From: Verrucomicrobiales bacterium | GTDB taxonomy: Bacteria; Verrucomicrobiota; Verrucomicrobiia; Limisphaerales; UBA1100 | Length of the DNA: 64,000 nt | NCBI GenBank assembly: GCA_005809105.1 | Contig: SYLI01000053.1 | Coordinates: 13,542 to 77,541, forward strand | Direction: 5' to 3' | Shown: piece by piece, positions 8,822 to 17,904 of the stretch | How the letters are laid out: the number at the start of each line of letters is the position of its first letter | Numbering within the stretch: the first letter of the stretch is position 1 | Translations under genes and position numbers: made by a program | Notes under the pieces: model-generated | The model's database searches: none | Told to the model about the DNA's origin: nothing | The model's input: the letters and a program-made list of their open reading frames with translations, nothing else

Positions 8822-10108
8822 CTACGAGTGCCGCAGCGCCTCGATGGGGTCCAACGCCGCGGCACGGCGCGCCGGATAGAGACCGAACACCAGGCCCACG
8901 GCGAGCGACAGGCCAAAGGCCGCGAGCACCGACCATTCGGTGACAATGGTGGTGAGATGGAACCAGTGTTCGCGGGCCCATGCAAAGCCCCAGCCCCCCC
9001 CCACTCCGGCCAGTCCGCCGATGAGGCAAAGGATGAGCGTCTCGACCAGGAACTGCAGGATGATGTCACCGCGCGTGGCGCCCAGTGCGCGGCGCACGCC
9101 AATCTCACGCGTGCGCTCGGTCACGGTGGCGAGCATGATGTTCATGATGCCGATGCCGCCCACCAAGAGCGAAATGCACGCGATGTAGAGCAGCATGCGG
9201 GTGTCCCGCGCGCGCTGTGCCTTGATGGCATTGAGGATGTTGAGCGGCACGATGAGTTCGTAGTCCTTCTTCTTGCGGTCCTTCTCCATGGCCGCCTTGA
9301 TGAGGGGGATGGACGGCTCCACCAAATCGACCGAGGCGAACTCCAGCCGCACCTGGGTGAGCTCCACGCGCTCGAGCTTGAATGAGCCGGCGCGCGAATC
9401 CATGTCCATCTCGCCGAAGCGTGCGCGCAGCGTGGAGAGCGGCATGTACACGTTGGAATCGAGCGGCTTGCCTTCGGGCTCGTTGCCCTGAGGGCGCTGC
9501 TCCACCCCGGACATCTCGCGCAAGAGTCCAATGACGCGAAAGTACTGGTCCTCCACGCGCACCTGCGACTCGAGCGGATCCTGATGGCCAAAGAGCCGCA
9601 GCGCTAGGCTCTCGGTCAGCACGCAGACATTGTTGCGGTGCAGTTCGTCAAACTCGGTGAGAAACCGCCCCCGTACCACAAGTGCCTTGGTGAAGTCGGG
9701 ATAAAAGGGGTAGGTGCCCACAATCTGGCAGTCCTGCTGGAAACGGTCGTAGTACACCGGGCGCCGCTGCACCATCTCGGGCAGCACGCGCTTGAGGCCC
9801 GGCAGCGTGGCCTGAAGGCGGCTGGCGTCGTGGTAGGTGATGCCGTACTCGGAGACGAAATTGCGGGTGGATGACGCGCCGGATTTTTCTTCCGCCGGCT
9901 CGATGCTTCGGATGAGGATATTGTGTGCGCCCAGCCGCTTGATGGCCTCCTGCGCGTCGTGGCTGGCACCTTCGCCAATGGCCACCAGCGTGATGACGGC
10001 CCACACGCCGATCACCATGCCCAGCATCGTGAGCCCGCTGCGCAGCTTGTGAAGGCGAAGGCTTTTAAACCCAAGCTGGATGATGCGAATGAGCGAGAAC
10101 CCGTTCAT
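8822..10108 (-). CDS. MacB-family ABC permease (module 1)
   Basis: KLRSGLTMLGMVIGV, GGIGIMNIMLATVTERTREIG, LDPIEALRH. Confidence 0.93.
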   Translation of the reverse strand: MNGFSLIRIIQLGFKSLRLHKLRSGLTMLGMVIGVWAVITLVAIGEGASHDAQEAIKRLGAHNILIRSIEPAEEKSGASSTRNFVSEYGITYHDASRLQATLPGLKRVLPEMVQRRPVYYDRFQQDCQIVGTYPFYPDFTKALVVRGRFLTEFDELHRNNVCVLTESLALRLFGHQDPLESQVRVEDQYFRVIGLLREMSGVEQRPQGNEPEGKPLDSNVYMPLSTLRARFGEMDMDSRAGSFKLERVELTQVRLEFASVDLVEPSIPLIKAAMEKDRKKKDYELIVPLNILNAIKAQRARDTRMLLYIACISLLVGGIGIMNIMLATVTERTREIGVRRALGATRGDIILQFLVETLILCLIGGLAGVGGGWGFAWAREHWFHLTTIVTEWSVLAAFGLSLAVGLVFGLYPARRAAALDPIEALRHS

Positions 10109-10842
10109 GACGCCCGGCCCTTGGCGCCGTTTGCCGCGGCGACCATGCTGCGTTCATGGTGCTCCACGCGATCCACCAAGCCGTCCATGAGGTGAATCAC
10201 CCGCTCGGCGCGAAGCGCCACTTTGGGGTCGTGGGTGACGATGATGATGGTCCGCCCATCGGCGTGCAGTTCGTCGAGCAGCGCGAGAATTTCCTCGCCC
10301 GTGGTGGAGTCCAGGTTGCCCGTCGGCTCGTCGGCCAGCACCATGAGCGGATTGTTGGCCAGCGAACGCGCCACGGCCACGCGCTGCTGCTGCCCGCCGG
10401 AGAGCTGCATGGGCCGGTGATCGAGCCGCCCGCGCAGCCCCACCTTGAGCGCGAGGCCAGCGCAGTGGTCGTAGCAGGAGCGGATATCGCGCCCCTGATA
10501 GAACAGCGGCACGTGGATGTTCTCCACCACGTTGAGCTGCGGAATGAGGTTGTACGATTGGAAGATGAACCCGATGCGCTGACCGCGGATCTGCGAGAGC
10601 TGCCGGTCGCTCATCGCCGAAACGTCCTCGCCGCCCAGCCGGTACACGCCCCCGGTGGGGCGATCCAGACAGCCCAGAATGTTGAGCAGCGTGGACTTGC
10701 CCGACCCCGACGGGCCCATGAGCGCCACATAGCTGCCTTCCAAGACCTCAATGTTCACGCCATTCAAGGCGGGCACCTTGACCTGACCAAGGTTATACAC
10801 CTTGGTCAGCGCCCGGATATCAATGATGGCCTTGTTGCTCAT
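10105..10842 (-). CDS. ABC ATP-binding protein (module 1)
   Basis: GPSGSGKST, LSGGQQQRV, LADEPTGNLD. Start MSNKAII at 10842. Confidence 0.95.
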   Translation of the reverse strand: MSNKAIIDIRALTKVYNLGQVKVPALNGVNIEVLEGSYVALMGPSGSGKSTLLNILGCLDRPTGGVYRLGGEDVSAMSDRQLSQIRGQRIGFIFQSYNLIPQLNVVENIHVPLFYQGRDIRSCYDHCAGLALKVGLRGRLDHRPMQLSGGQQQRVAVARSLANNPLMVLADEPTGNLDSTTGEEILALLDELHADGRTIIIVTHDPKVALRAERVIHLMDGLVDRVEHHERSMVAAANGAKGRAS

Positions 10843-10874
10843 CGGGAGTGCGAAAAGCATCGCGCCGCGCCAAC

Positions 10875-13040
10875 CTACGGGCCGCCGCCCTTGGGTCCAC
10901 CTGCGCCCCCGCCAAAGCCTCCGCCGCCTCCCTGAAACTGCTGGCGCATCTGCGCTTCCAGCTCCTCGTATTTCTGCACCTGCTCGGCTTTGAGGAAGCC
11001 CTTGATTTCCTCGGCAAACTCCTCGCGCGGCTTCTGCATCGCTGCCATCATTTCCTCCCGCGCAACACCACTGGTGAAGACCTCCCGGATTTTCTGGGTG
11101 AGCTTTTGCTGCGCGGCCTCGAACTTGGGCTTTTGCTCCTCGGTGAGATTAAGCTGGGCCGTATCCACACCCCCGCGCCGGCCGCCACCACCACCGGCTC
11201 CTCCAAATCCACTGCCGCCGCCACCGCCGGGCGGCCCCTTCATGCCGTCGCCGCCGGGCGCAGGCTGTGCGGGGCCCGGCCCGCCGGTCTTCGCCACGCC
11301 GCCGTTGGGAGCGGGCACGGGGGCCGCCTTGCTCGCCTCCTGACCGGCCGCAGCCTTGTCCTGAATCACGCTCCCTTCGATGTTGAGCGCCGCACCCGCA
11401 CTCGACGGCGAGAGCATCACCAGTTCTCCCTCATCCAGTCCCTTTTTAATCTCGATGAATTTCTGGTCGTAGAAACCCACTTCCACCTCGCGCGCCTCCG
11501 GGCCCTTGGCGCCCTGGACGAAGCAGAGTGTGCGCCCCTGAACGGTGATGACGCACTGCACCGGAACCTTGACGACGTCGACGAGCTGTTTCACCACGAT
11601 TTCGGCCGACGCAGAAAGGCCCGTGCTGATGCCCTCGGGCAGGGCTTCCTCGATCCAGACTTCAGAATTAAACACCTTGACGTTGGCTTGGAAGCGGCTG
11701 GTGGAATCGGGCACGGGCGCCACGCGCTTGAGCACGGCCTTAAGGGGCTTGCCGGGCACGGAGTCGATCTTCACGTAGGCGCGCATGCCTTCGCGCACCA
11801 TGCGTCGCACCGATTCGTGAATCTTCACCTCGACCATCAGCGAGTCGGTGCGCGGCAGCCGGATGAGTTCCTGGCCGCGGCGCGTGGTTTCGCCCTGGCG
11901 AATCAACGAGGAGGAGGCGCCAAAGCGCCCGGCATCAACCGCGTAAACCACCAGCCCCTCCTGGGGCGCGAAGATGCGGCTCTTGCCGAGCTGATCTTCC
12001 AGCTCCGCCAGCTTTTGTTGCTCGAGCTTGAGGGTTTTATCGGCCGTGCGCACGCTGATCTGGCTCGACGCCAGATTGGCAGCCGACTTCTGCTCGGTGC
12101 TCAGCTTGTCAATCTCGCGCTGCTCCACGCGCATGGCCATTTCGCGCTCCTTGATCGGGAAATCGAACAGGTCATACGCGCTCATGCTCGCACGCAGCAT
12201 CTTGATGTCGTGCTGCGAGCGGGCAACGTTGGCCTCCTCGCGTTTGACCTCCATGGTGGAGGCAAAACCCGCCCTCTCCAGCTCGGCGTAGGCCACCAGC
12301 TTGGTTTGCGCCAGATCAATTTCCTTCTGGTTCACGGAAATCTTGCCGCTGTAATCCTGACGCTGAGTGGGCGCGTCGCTGCTGCGAAACTTCTCCAGCT
12401 CGGCCACGGCGTTGGTGAGCGCGATGGACGCCGCCTTGTTGGTGGCGGCCGTGGAGAGCTTCACGATGTCCAGCTCTTGCATGGCATTGGTGACGCTCTG
12501 CTGGGCTTTGGTAACAACGATGTCCTGACTGGCAATCCGCTCGGCCAGCGTGTTGGGGTCGAGTTTGACCAACAGGTCGCCGGGCAGAGTGATGACGCTG
12601 CCCGATGCCAGCTTGTCCCAGTCCACCGTGCGGTTGAGGCGCCGCAGCACCTCCTCGAATTCGAGCACCGGCATCTGCAGCCCCGCCGTGCTGTTGTTGC
12701 AGAACCGCTGTGCAAGCCCGCTCAACGTGTCGCCTGAGGCCACCGTCTGGGAGCGCGGCCCCTTGACCTGCGTGCCCTCGGCGATGATCTCCACGATCGT
12801 GGAGGCCCCTTCCATTTCATTCACCAGCGTGAGCTTGCTGGTGGAGGCCAGCGTGCCGGCCTCCACGACCGTGACGAGGAAGTCGCCACGCCCGACCTTG
12901 TGGTACTCAATGCCCGGCGCAGCGCTGGTTTCAGCGCGGAAATAACCGCAGCCGCTCCACGCGGTCGCCGCCACGATCCCCGCGACCAACAGGCCCCAGA
13001 AGCCTGCGTGCGCCGATCTGGCCGGTGATGTCGTTCTCAT
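10875..13040 (-). CDS. Efflux periplasmic adaptor (MFP) with inserted LysM-like domain and Gly-rich/LTxxQ tail (module 1)
   Basis: MFP motifs (IFAPQEGLVVY, VKIHES); insert TVASGDTLSGLAQRF...LRRLN...LASGSVITLP; tail LNLTEEQK. Confidence 0.88.
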   Translation of the reverse strand: MRTTSPARSAHAGFWGLLVAGIVAATAWSGCGYFRAETSAAPGIEYHKVGRGDFLVTVVEAGTLASTSKLTLVNEMEGASTIVEIIAEGTQVKGPRSQTVASGDTLSGLAQRFCNNSTAGLQMPVLEFEEVLRRLNRTVDWDKLASGSVITLPGDLLVKLDPNTLAERIASQDIVVTKAQQSVTNAMQELDIVKLSTAATNKAASIALTNAVAELEKFRSSDAPTQRQDYSGKISVNQKEIDLAQTKLVAYAELERAGFASTMEVKREEANVARSQHDIKMLRASMSAYDLFDFPIKEREMAMRVEQREIDKLSTEQKSAANLASSQISVRTADKTLKLEQQKLAELEDQLGKSRIFAPQEGLVVYAVDAGRFGASSSLIRQGETTRRGQELIRLPRTDSLMVEVKIHESVRRMVREGMRAYVKIDSVPGKPLKAVLKRVAPVPDSTSRFQANVKVFNSEVWIEEALPEGISTGLSASAEIVVKQLVDVVKVPVQCVITVQGRTLCFVQGAKGPEAREVEVGFYDQKFIEIKKGLDEGELVMLSPSSAGAALNIEGSVIQDKAAAGQEASKAAPVPAPNGGVAKTGGPGPAQPAPGGDGMKGPPGGGGGSGFGGAGGGGGRRGGVDTAQLNLTEEQKPKFEAAQQKLTQKIREVFTSGVAREEMMAAMQKPREEFAEEIKGFLKAEQVQKYEELEAQMRQQFQGGGGGFGGGAGGPKGGGP

Positions 13041-13043
13041 GAT

Positions 13044-14735
13044 TCAGGGCCCCAGAACCTGGTCGGGCGGCACGACTTCCTGCTGCTGCACCGGCGGCGC
13101 CGCGATGAGCGGTGCCAGCGGCAACAGCGGATCGCGCAGCCAAAAGTCGTCGCCCGTAGTCTGCAGGATGCCGACGTCCTTGAGCAGATTCAAGCGCGTT
13201 GTGTGGTAGTCCACCACGGCCGTAGTGACGGCCAGCTGCGCGCGCAGGAGGGCATCTTGGGCGGTGATGATGTCGCTCGTACGCACGCCCTGAAATCCGG
13301 CGCGCAGACGCAGCTGCGTGGCCAGCAAGTTGCGCCGGGCATTCTCCAGCGCCGCCAACTGCGTGGCGTAGTTTTGCCCCTGCCGATCCAGATTGCGCAG
13401 CCCCTGTCGCACTTCGTCACGAAGCTGATCGAGCGTGGTGGCCAGCGTGCGCATCTGCCGCTCAAAGTTGATCTCCGACTGGCGCAGCGCGTTGCGCTCG
13501 GTGAGCTGATCGAGCGGAAGGTCCAGCTTCAATCCCGCGTTGGCCCGGTACTGGTCGGGACTGAAGGAGGAGTAGAACTGATCCTTCAACTCCATGTCGG
13601 CCACGATGGAAAGGCCGGGTTTGAGGTCGTTGCGGGCGACGAACACCTTGCGCTTGGAATCCTCGAACTTGTCAATCTGGTTGATGACATCGAGCCGGTT
13701 GGTGATGGCCATGCGGTAGGCGGTCTGGTCGTCGAATGGCACGGGGGGCAGGCCGGCGGTTTCGATTCGGGAGAGCAGCGAGCGATCCAGCCCCACGCGC
13801 TCGCCCAGCGGCAGGCTCAGCTGCTGCTTGTAGTCGTCGAGCTGGTTCTGATACGTCTCCACGCCTCGGATGTAATCGAGCTTCGCGCGGTATTCGCTCT
13901 CCAGCGACTGCTCGCGCTCAAACTCCGCGCTGAGCCCGGCGCGCACGCGCGTTTCCATCTCGCGGCGGAAAACGATGCGTGACTGGTAGTTGGTGTAGTA
14001 CTGGCGGACATTTTCCGCCTGCCTCAAAAGCGAGTAGTAGTCGCGGATGATATCCACGGCGAACTGCTTCTGGTAATGGCTGAAGCTGCGAATCTCGTAC
14101 ACCACATCGCGTTCGGCCTGTGTCAGCACTTCGGCGGCGATGTCGGCCCCGGCGCCGCGAAGCAGCGGCTGGGTGAGGCTCAGCGTAATGCTGGGCACCT
14201 TGGGTTTGGTGCCGTCAAAGAAGAACACCAGATCGTTGGCCAGCGTGGCACCGAGTTGGCCACCGGCCAGCAGCGCCTTCTTCAAGGTCGCGTCGGCGTC
14301 GCCATCCAAGGTGGTCTTGCCCGTGGTGGAGGATCGATCCGCGCCTGCGTCCACCGTGGCCTTGGTGAACTTGAGGGCGAACTGATGGCGCGTGCCCGTG
14401 AGTGAGAGCGCCTGCAGATAGAGCTTCTCGCGATTGAACTGATAGGTTCGGTTGTGCCGGACGGCCGTGCGCATGGCCTCGGCCAGCGGCAGGACACGCT
14501 GGCCACCTTGATACCGGTCCAACACTACATCGGTGCCGTTGACGTCCTCAGGGGCGCGCGCGGTGACCGGGGTGTCGATGCGAAACCGGTTGGTGTCGCC
14601 TAGGAGTTGCGCCCGCCGGGCGTCCAGAATTCCGTAAACCTCGGAGTCGGCCTGCGCATGATACCGGTCGGCGCTGCACCCCGTCCACGAGAGGGTGCCC
14701 AAGACCGCAACGGTGGCTGCAAGGCGCCACATCAT
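13044..14735 (-). CDS. TolC-family outer membrane lipoprotein (module 1)
   Basis: MMWRLAATVAVLGTLSWTGC lipobox; LTQPLLRGAG; clear paralogue of 7035-8777. Confidence 0.87.
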   Translation of the reverse strand: MMWRLAATVAVLGTLSWTGCSADRYHAQADSEVYGILDARRAQLLGDTNRFRIDTPVTARAPEDVNGTDVVLDRYQGGQRVLPLAEAMRTAVRHNRTYQFNREKLYLQALSLTGTRHQFALKFTKATVDAGADRSSTTGKTTLDGDADATLKKALLAGGQLGATLANDLVFFFDGTKPKVPSITLSLTQPLLRGAGADIAAEVLTQAERDVVYEIRSFSHYQKQFAVDIIRDYYSLLRQAENVRQYYTNYQSRIVFRREMETRVRAGLSAEFEREQSLESEYRAKLDYIRGVETYQNQLDDYKQQLSLPLGERVGLDRSLLSRIETAGLPPVPFDDQTAYRMAITNRLDVINQIDKFEDSKRKVFVARNDLKPGLSIVADMELKDQFYSSFSPDQYRANAGLKLDLPLDQLTERNALRQSEINFERQMRTLATTLDQLRDEVRQGLRNLDRQGQNYATQLAALENARRNLLATQLRLRAGFQGVRTSDIITAQDALLRAQLAVTTAVVDYHTTRLNLLKDVGILQTTGDDFWLRDPLLPLAPLIAAPPVQQQEVVPPDQVLGP

Positions 14736-15059
14736 CGCGGTCGGTTTTGATCCATTTTCCAAGCCATTCCTCGGTGTGCGGCAGCTCAAATAGACGCTCG
14801 CTGCGCCCAAAATGCTACCGCACCGTGAGCTCGACTTTGAGAAATCGCTTACGGTGCGAGTGCAGATTCTCACTAGTAAGTCGCCAGAAATCGCCGCGAC
14901 TTTACCCCAAATCCACTGCCCTCCCCGAGCCCATTACCTCAGGAATCCTTCCGAAATGCCAGCCTAAAGCTCCCCTGACGCGCCCCCGCTTGACACGGCT
15001 GATAAGCTCCACGCTCCGATTTTGTCAGCCCCAGCCAGGGAAGGTTTGAGAAAAAGAGA

Positions 15060-15896
15060 ATGACAGGAAAGTTTGGAGATTATCAGCTGCACGAATTGCT
15101 CAACAGCGGCGGCATGACGGAGATTTGGTCGGCCACCGATGCCCGGGGCCGGTTGGTGGCACTGCGCCGCCTTCAGACGGGCTCCCTGCGGGGATCGGCG
15201 CCAAAGCTCTTTAAACATGGACGCGAGGTGCTGGAAAAACTGGCGCGGCACCCACACATCGCCGGCATGCTCGACCACGGCAAGGTGGACGGCATTCCCT
15301 TCATGGCGCTCGAACTCATCCGCGGCGCCAACCTGCGCCAATGGACCCTGCGCGAGGATTCCATCATCGACGAGAATGTGTCCGACGTCATCGTCGGCAT
15401 GGCCGATGCCCTCGATCACCTGCACTCCCACGGCTGGATGCACTTGGATGTGAAGCCGGAGAACGTGATGGTGGACCTTCGCGGCCACACCTATCTCATC
15501 GATTTTGACACCGCCCGGAAGATTCCCCGCAAGCCCAAGGAATTTGATGTGGCATCGGGCACGCCTGCCTACATGCCGCCCGAACAGCTCCTGGGCCGCC
15601 CGCTCGACCATCGTGCCGACATCTACGCCTTCGGAGTCACGGTGTTCGAGCTGCTCACACGGCGCAAGCCCTTCGAAGGCGACCGGCCCGATCTCACCCG
15701 GCAGAACCAGCTCAACGAACGCTTCCCCGTGCCGAACGCCAGTCAGTTCAACCCCGCCGTTCCCGCGCGCCTCAACGCCATCCTGCGGAGCTGCCTAGAA
15801 TACCAGGCGGAGAAGCGCTACCCCAACATGACTGTCCTTAACGCCCAGCTTCACACCGTGCTGGGAGTGGAAAACGTGCGCGACAAAGCCCGCTAG
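15060..15896 (+). CDS. Stand-alone Hanks-type Ser/Thr kinase domain (atypical motifs)
   Basis: SGGMTEIW, HLDVKPEN, GTPAYMPPEQ, DIYAFG. VALRR replaces VAIK and DFD replaces DFG. Confidence 0.88.
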   Translation: MTGKFGDYQLHELLNSGGMTEIWSATDARGRLVALRRLQTGSLRGSAPKLFKHGREVLEKLARHPHIAGMLDHGKVDGIPFMALELIRGANLRQWTLREDSIIDENVSDVIVGMADALDHLHSHGWMHLDVKPENVMVDLRGHTYLIDFDTARKIPRKPKEFDVASGTPAYMPPEQLLGRPLDHRADIYAFGVTVFELLTRRKPFEGDRPDLTRQNQLNERFPVPNASQFNPAVPARLNAILRSCLEYQAEKRYPNMTVLNAQLHTVLGVENVRDKAR

Positions 15897-17809
15897 CCGG
15901 CCAATGCCGCCATGCCGCCGGCCGTGATGCCCTGGCGCCGGGCCATGCGGGCAAAGACCCCATCACGACGCAGCAGCTCCTCGAATGCCCCCTGCTCGAT
16001 CACCCGCCCCTCCTCCAGCACGATGATCTGATCCATGCCGCGCAGTGTGGACAGGCGGTGCGCGACGCAAATCACCGTGCGTCCCTCTTCCAACTTTTCG
16101 AGGGCCGCCTGCACCTCCGCCTCCGCGTTCGAGTCCAGCGACGCCGTGGCCTCGTCCAGAATGAGGATGGGTGCCTGCCTCACAAACGCGCGCGCGATGG
16201 CGCTGCGCTGGCGCTGCCCGCCCGAGAGCCGCGTGCCCTGCTCGCCCAGCCGCGTGTCGTACCCCTGCGGCAGCTGCATGATAAATTCGTGCGCGTGGGC
16301 CGACCGCGCCGCCGCGATGATTTCCTCGCGCGAGGCCTCGAGCCTGCCGCAGGCGATGTTTTCCGCCACCGTCTGGTCGAACACCACCACCTCCTGGCTC
16401 ACCAGCGCCATCTGGCCGCGCACGCTGGCAAAGCTCGCATCGCGCAGGTCCACGCCGTCCACCGTGATGCGCCCGGACTGCGGGTCGTAGAGCCGCAGCA
16501 GCAGGCTCGCCAGCGTGCTCTTGCCCGTGCCGCTCTCGCCGGCCACGCCCAGCCGCGTGCCCTTGCGAACCACCAGGTCCAGCCCGCGCAGCACCGGCTC
16601 GCGCTCGTAGGCAAAGCCGACCCGCTCCATCGCAAGCTCACGCGCCAGCGGGGGGATGGCCAGCGCGCCGGCCTTCTCCCTCACCGTGGGCTCCGCCGAG
16701 AAAAGCCGCTGGAGCATGCCCACGCCCACCGAGGCCTCCTGATAGTAGGTGTTGATGTGCGCGAGCTTCTTGAGCGGCTGGTAGAGCATGAGCAGGCCCG
16801 TCAGGAAACCCACGAGCTCGGGCACCGTCTTGCCGGTGTAAAACACGAACACCACCACCGCGCCCAGTCCCGCCACGCCGATGAACTCGATGAGCGGGTT
16901 CTGCAACGACCGCGCCTGCATCTGCTTCAAGCCCACCCGCGCCAGCCTTCCGTAGAGATCCGCGAACCGGCCCAGCTGCCAGCGTTCCAGCCCGTAGGCC
17001 TTCACGGTCTTGGGGTTGCCGTACACCTCCACCATCAGGCTGTCCTGCCCCGCGCCCGCCTCGTAGCCGCGCACGGCCACGCGCCGCAGCTTGCGCGCGA
17101 TGCGCCCGATGGGCAGCAGGCTCAGCGGCAGAAACAGCAGGCCCAGCAGTGCGAGCTGCCAGTCCAGCACGATCAGCGCCACCGCGATGCTGAGAAGCGT
17201 GCACGGCTCCTTGACGGCGTCGCTCACGCCATAGCGCATGCACGTGTTGAGCGCGCCGACGCCGGTGTTGAGGATCATCGTGTGGTCGCCGATCTTCCGC
17301 GCCGTGAAGTAATCCAGCGAGAGGCGCTGCAATTGCCGGTGGGCCGCCAGCTTGAGGTCGCGGACGGCGTGTACGCTGGCCCACTCCAGACAGTACGCAT
17401 TGCCGTAGCTCATGGCGCCGCGCAAGCCCACCAAGAGCGGCAAAAGCAGCAGGCCGCCCAGCGCCTGCGGCCAATCCAGCTTGCGCCCGGCGCGGGGAAG
17501 CCACTCATCGAGCCACGATTTAACCTCCAGGTTAAGCTGCGCCAGTCTCTCGGGCGCGGGGGTTGCTGCAGCGACATTGGCCGCTGAATGCGCTTGGGGT
17601 GATTCCAGCCGTTCAAAGAGGGTCTTGGTGCCCCAGACGAAGCTGGCGTTGATGAGGCCAAAGGCCACGCCAAAGGCCACGCCCAGCGCCATGCGCACGC
17701 GGTAGGGGCGGAAGAAGGGCCACGCGAAACGGAAGACGCCGCGCAGTCGCTGCAAAAACGTCTCGCTCGTTTCGGGGCGCGCGGGGGCGTTGGGTGGGAG
17801 CGCATCCAC
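15893..17809 (-). CDS. MsbA-like ABC exporter (TMD+NBD fusion)
   Basis: TM domain followed by GESGTGKST, LSGGQRQR, ILDEATASLD, AHRLST. Confidence 0.9.
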   Translation of the reverse strand: MDALPPNAPARPETSETFLQRLRGVFRFAWPFFRPYRVRMALGVAFGVAFGLINASFVWGTKTLFERLESPQAHSAANVAAATPAPERLAQLNLEVKSWLDEWLPRAGRKLDWPQALGGLLLLPLLVGLRGAMSYGNAYCLEWASVHAVRDLKLAAHRQLQRLSLDYFTARKIGDHTMILNTGVGALNTCMRYGVSDAVKEPCTLLSIAVALIVLDWQLALLGLLFLPLSLLPIGRIARKLRRVAVRGYEAGAGQDSLMVEVYGNPKTVKAYGLERWQLGRFADLYGRLARVGLKQMQARSLQNPLIEFIGVAGLGAVVVFVFYTGKTVPELVGFLTGLLMLYQPLKKLAHINTYYQEASVGVGMLQRLFSAEPTVREKAGALAIPPLARELAMERVGFAYEREPVLRGLDLVVRKGTRLGVAGESGTGKSTLASLLLRLYDPQSGRITVDGVDLRDASFASVRGQMALVSQEVVVFDQTVAENIACGRLEASREEIIAAARSAHAHEFIMQLPQGYDTRLGEQGTRLSGGQRQRSAIARAFVRQAPILILDEATASLDSNAEAEVQAALEKLEEGRTVICVAHRLSTLRGMDQIIVLEEGRVIEQGAFEELLRRDGVFARMARRQGITAGGMAALAG

Positions 17810-17904
17810 GCGCCTTGCCTAGCACGCCACGCGGCGGTTGGCCAACGCCAAAACCGGAGGAGAAAACGGTTGTCATTGCGGGCCACATCCGCACAATCCA
17901 CCCC

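Noticed and set aside
15893-17809. PglK-type flippase of the glycosylation system
   Set aside because: It lies 10 kb from the locus, has generic MsbA-like features, and a Wzx is already in the cluster. It cannot be assigned from sequence.
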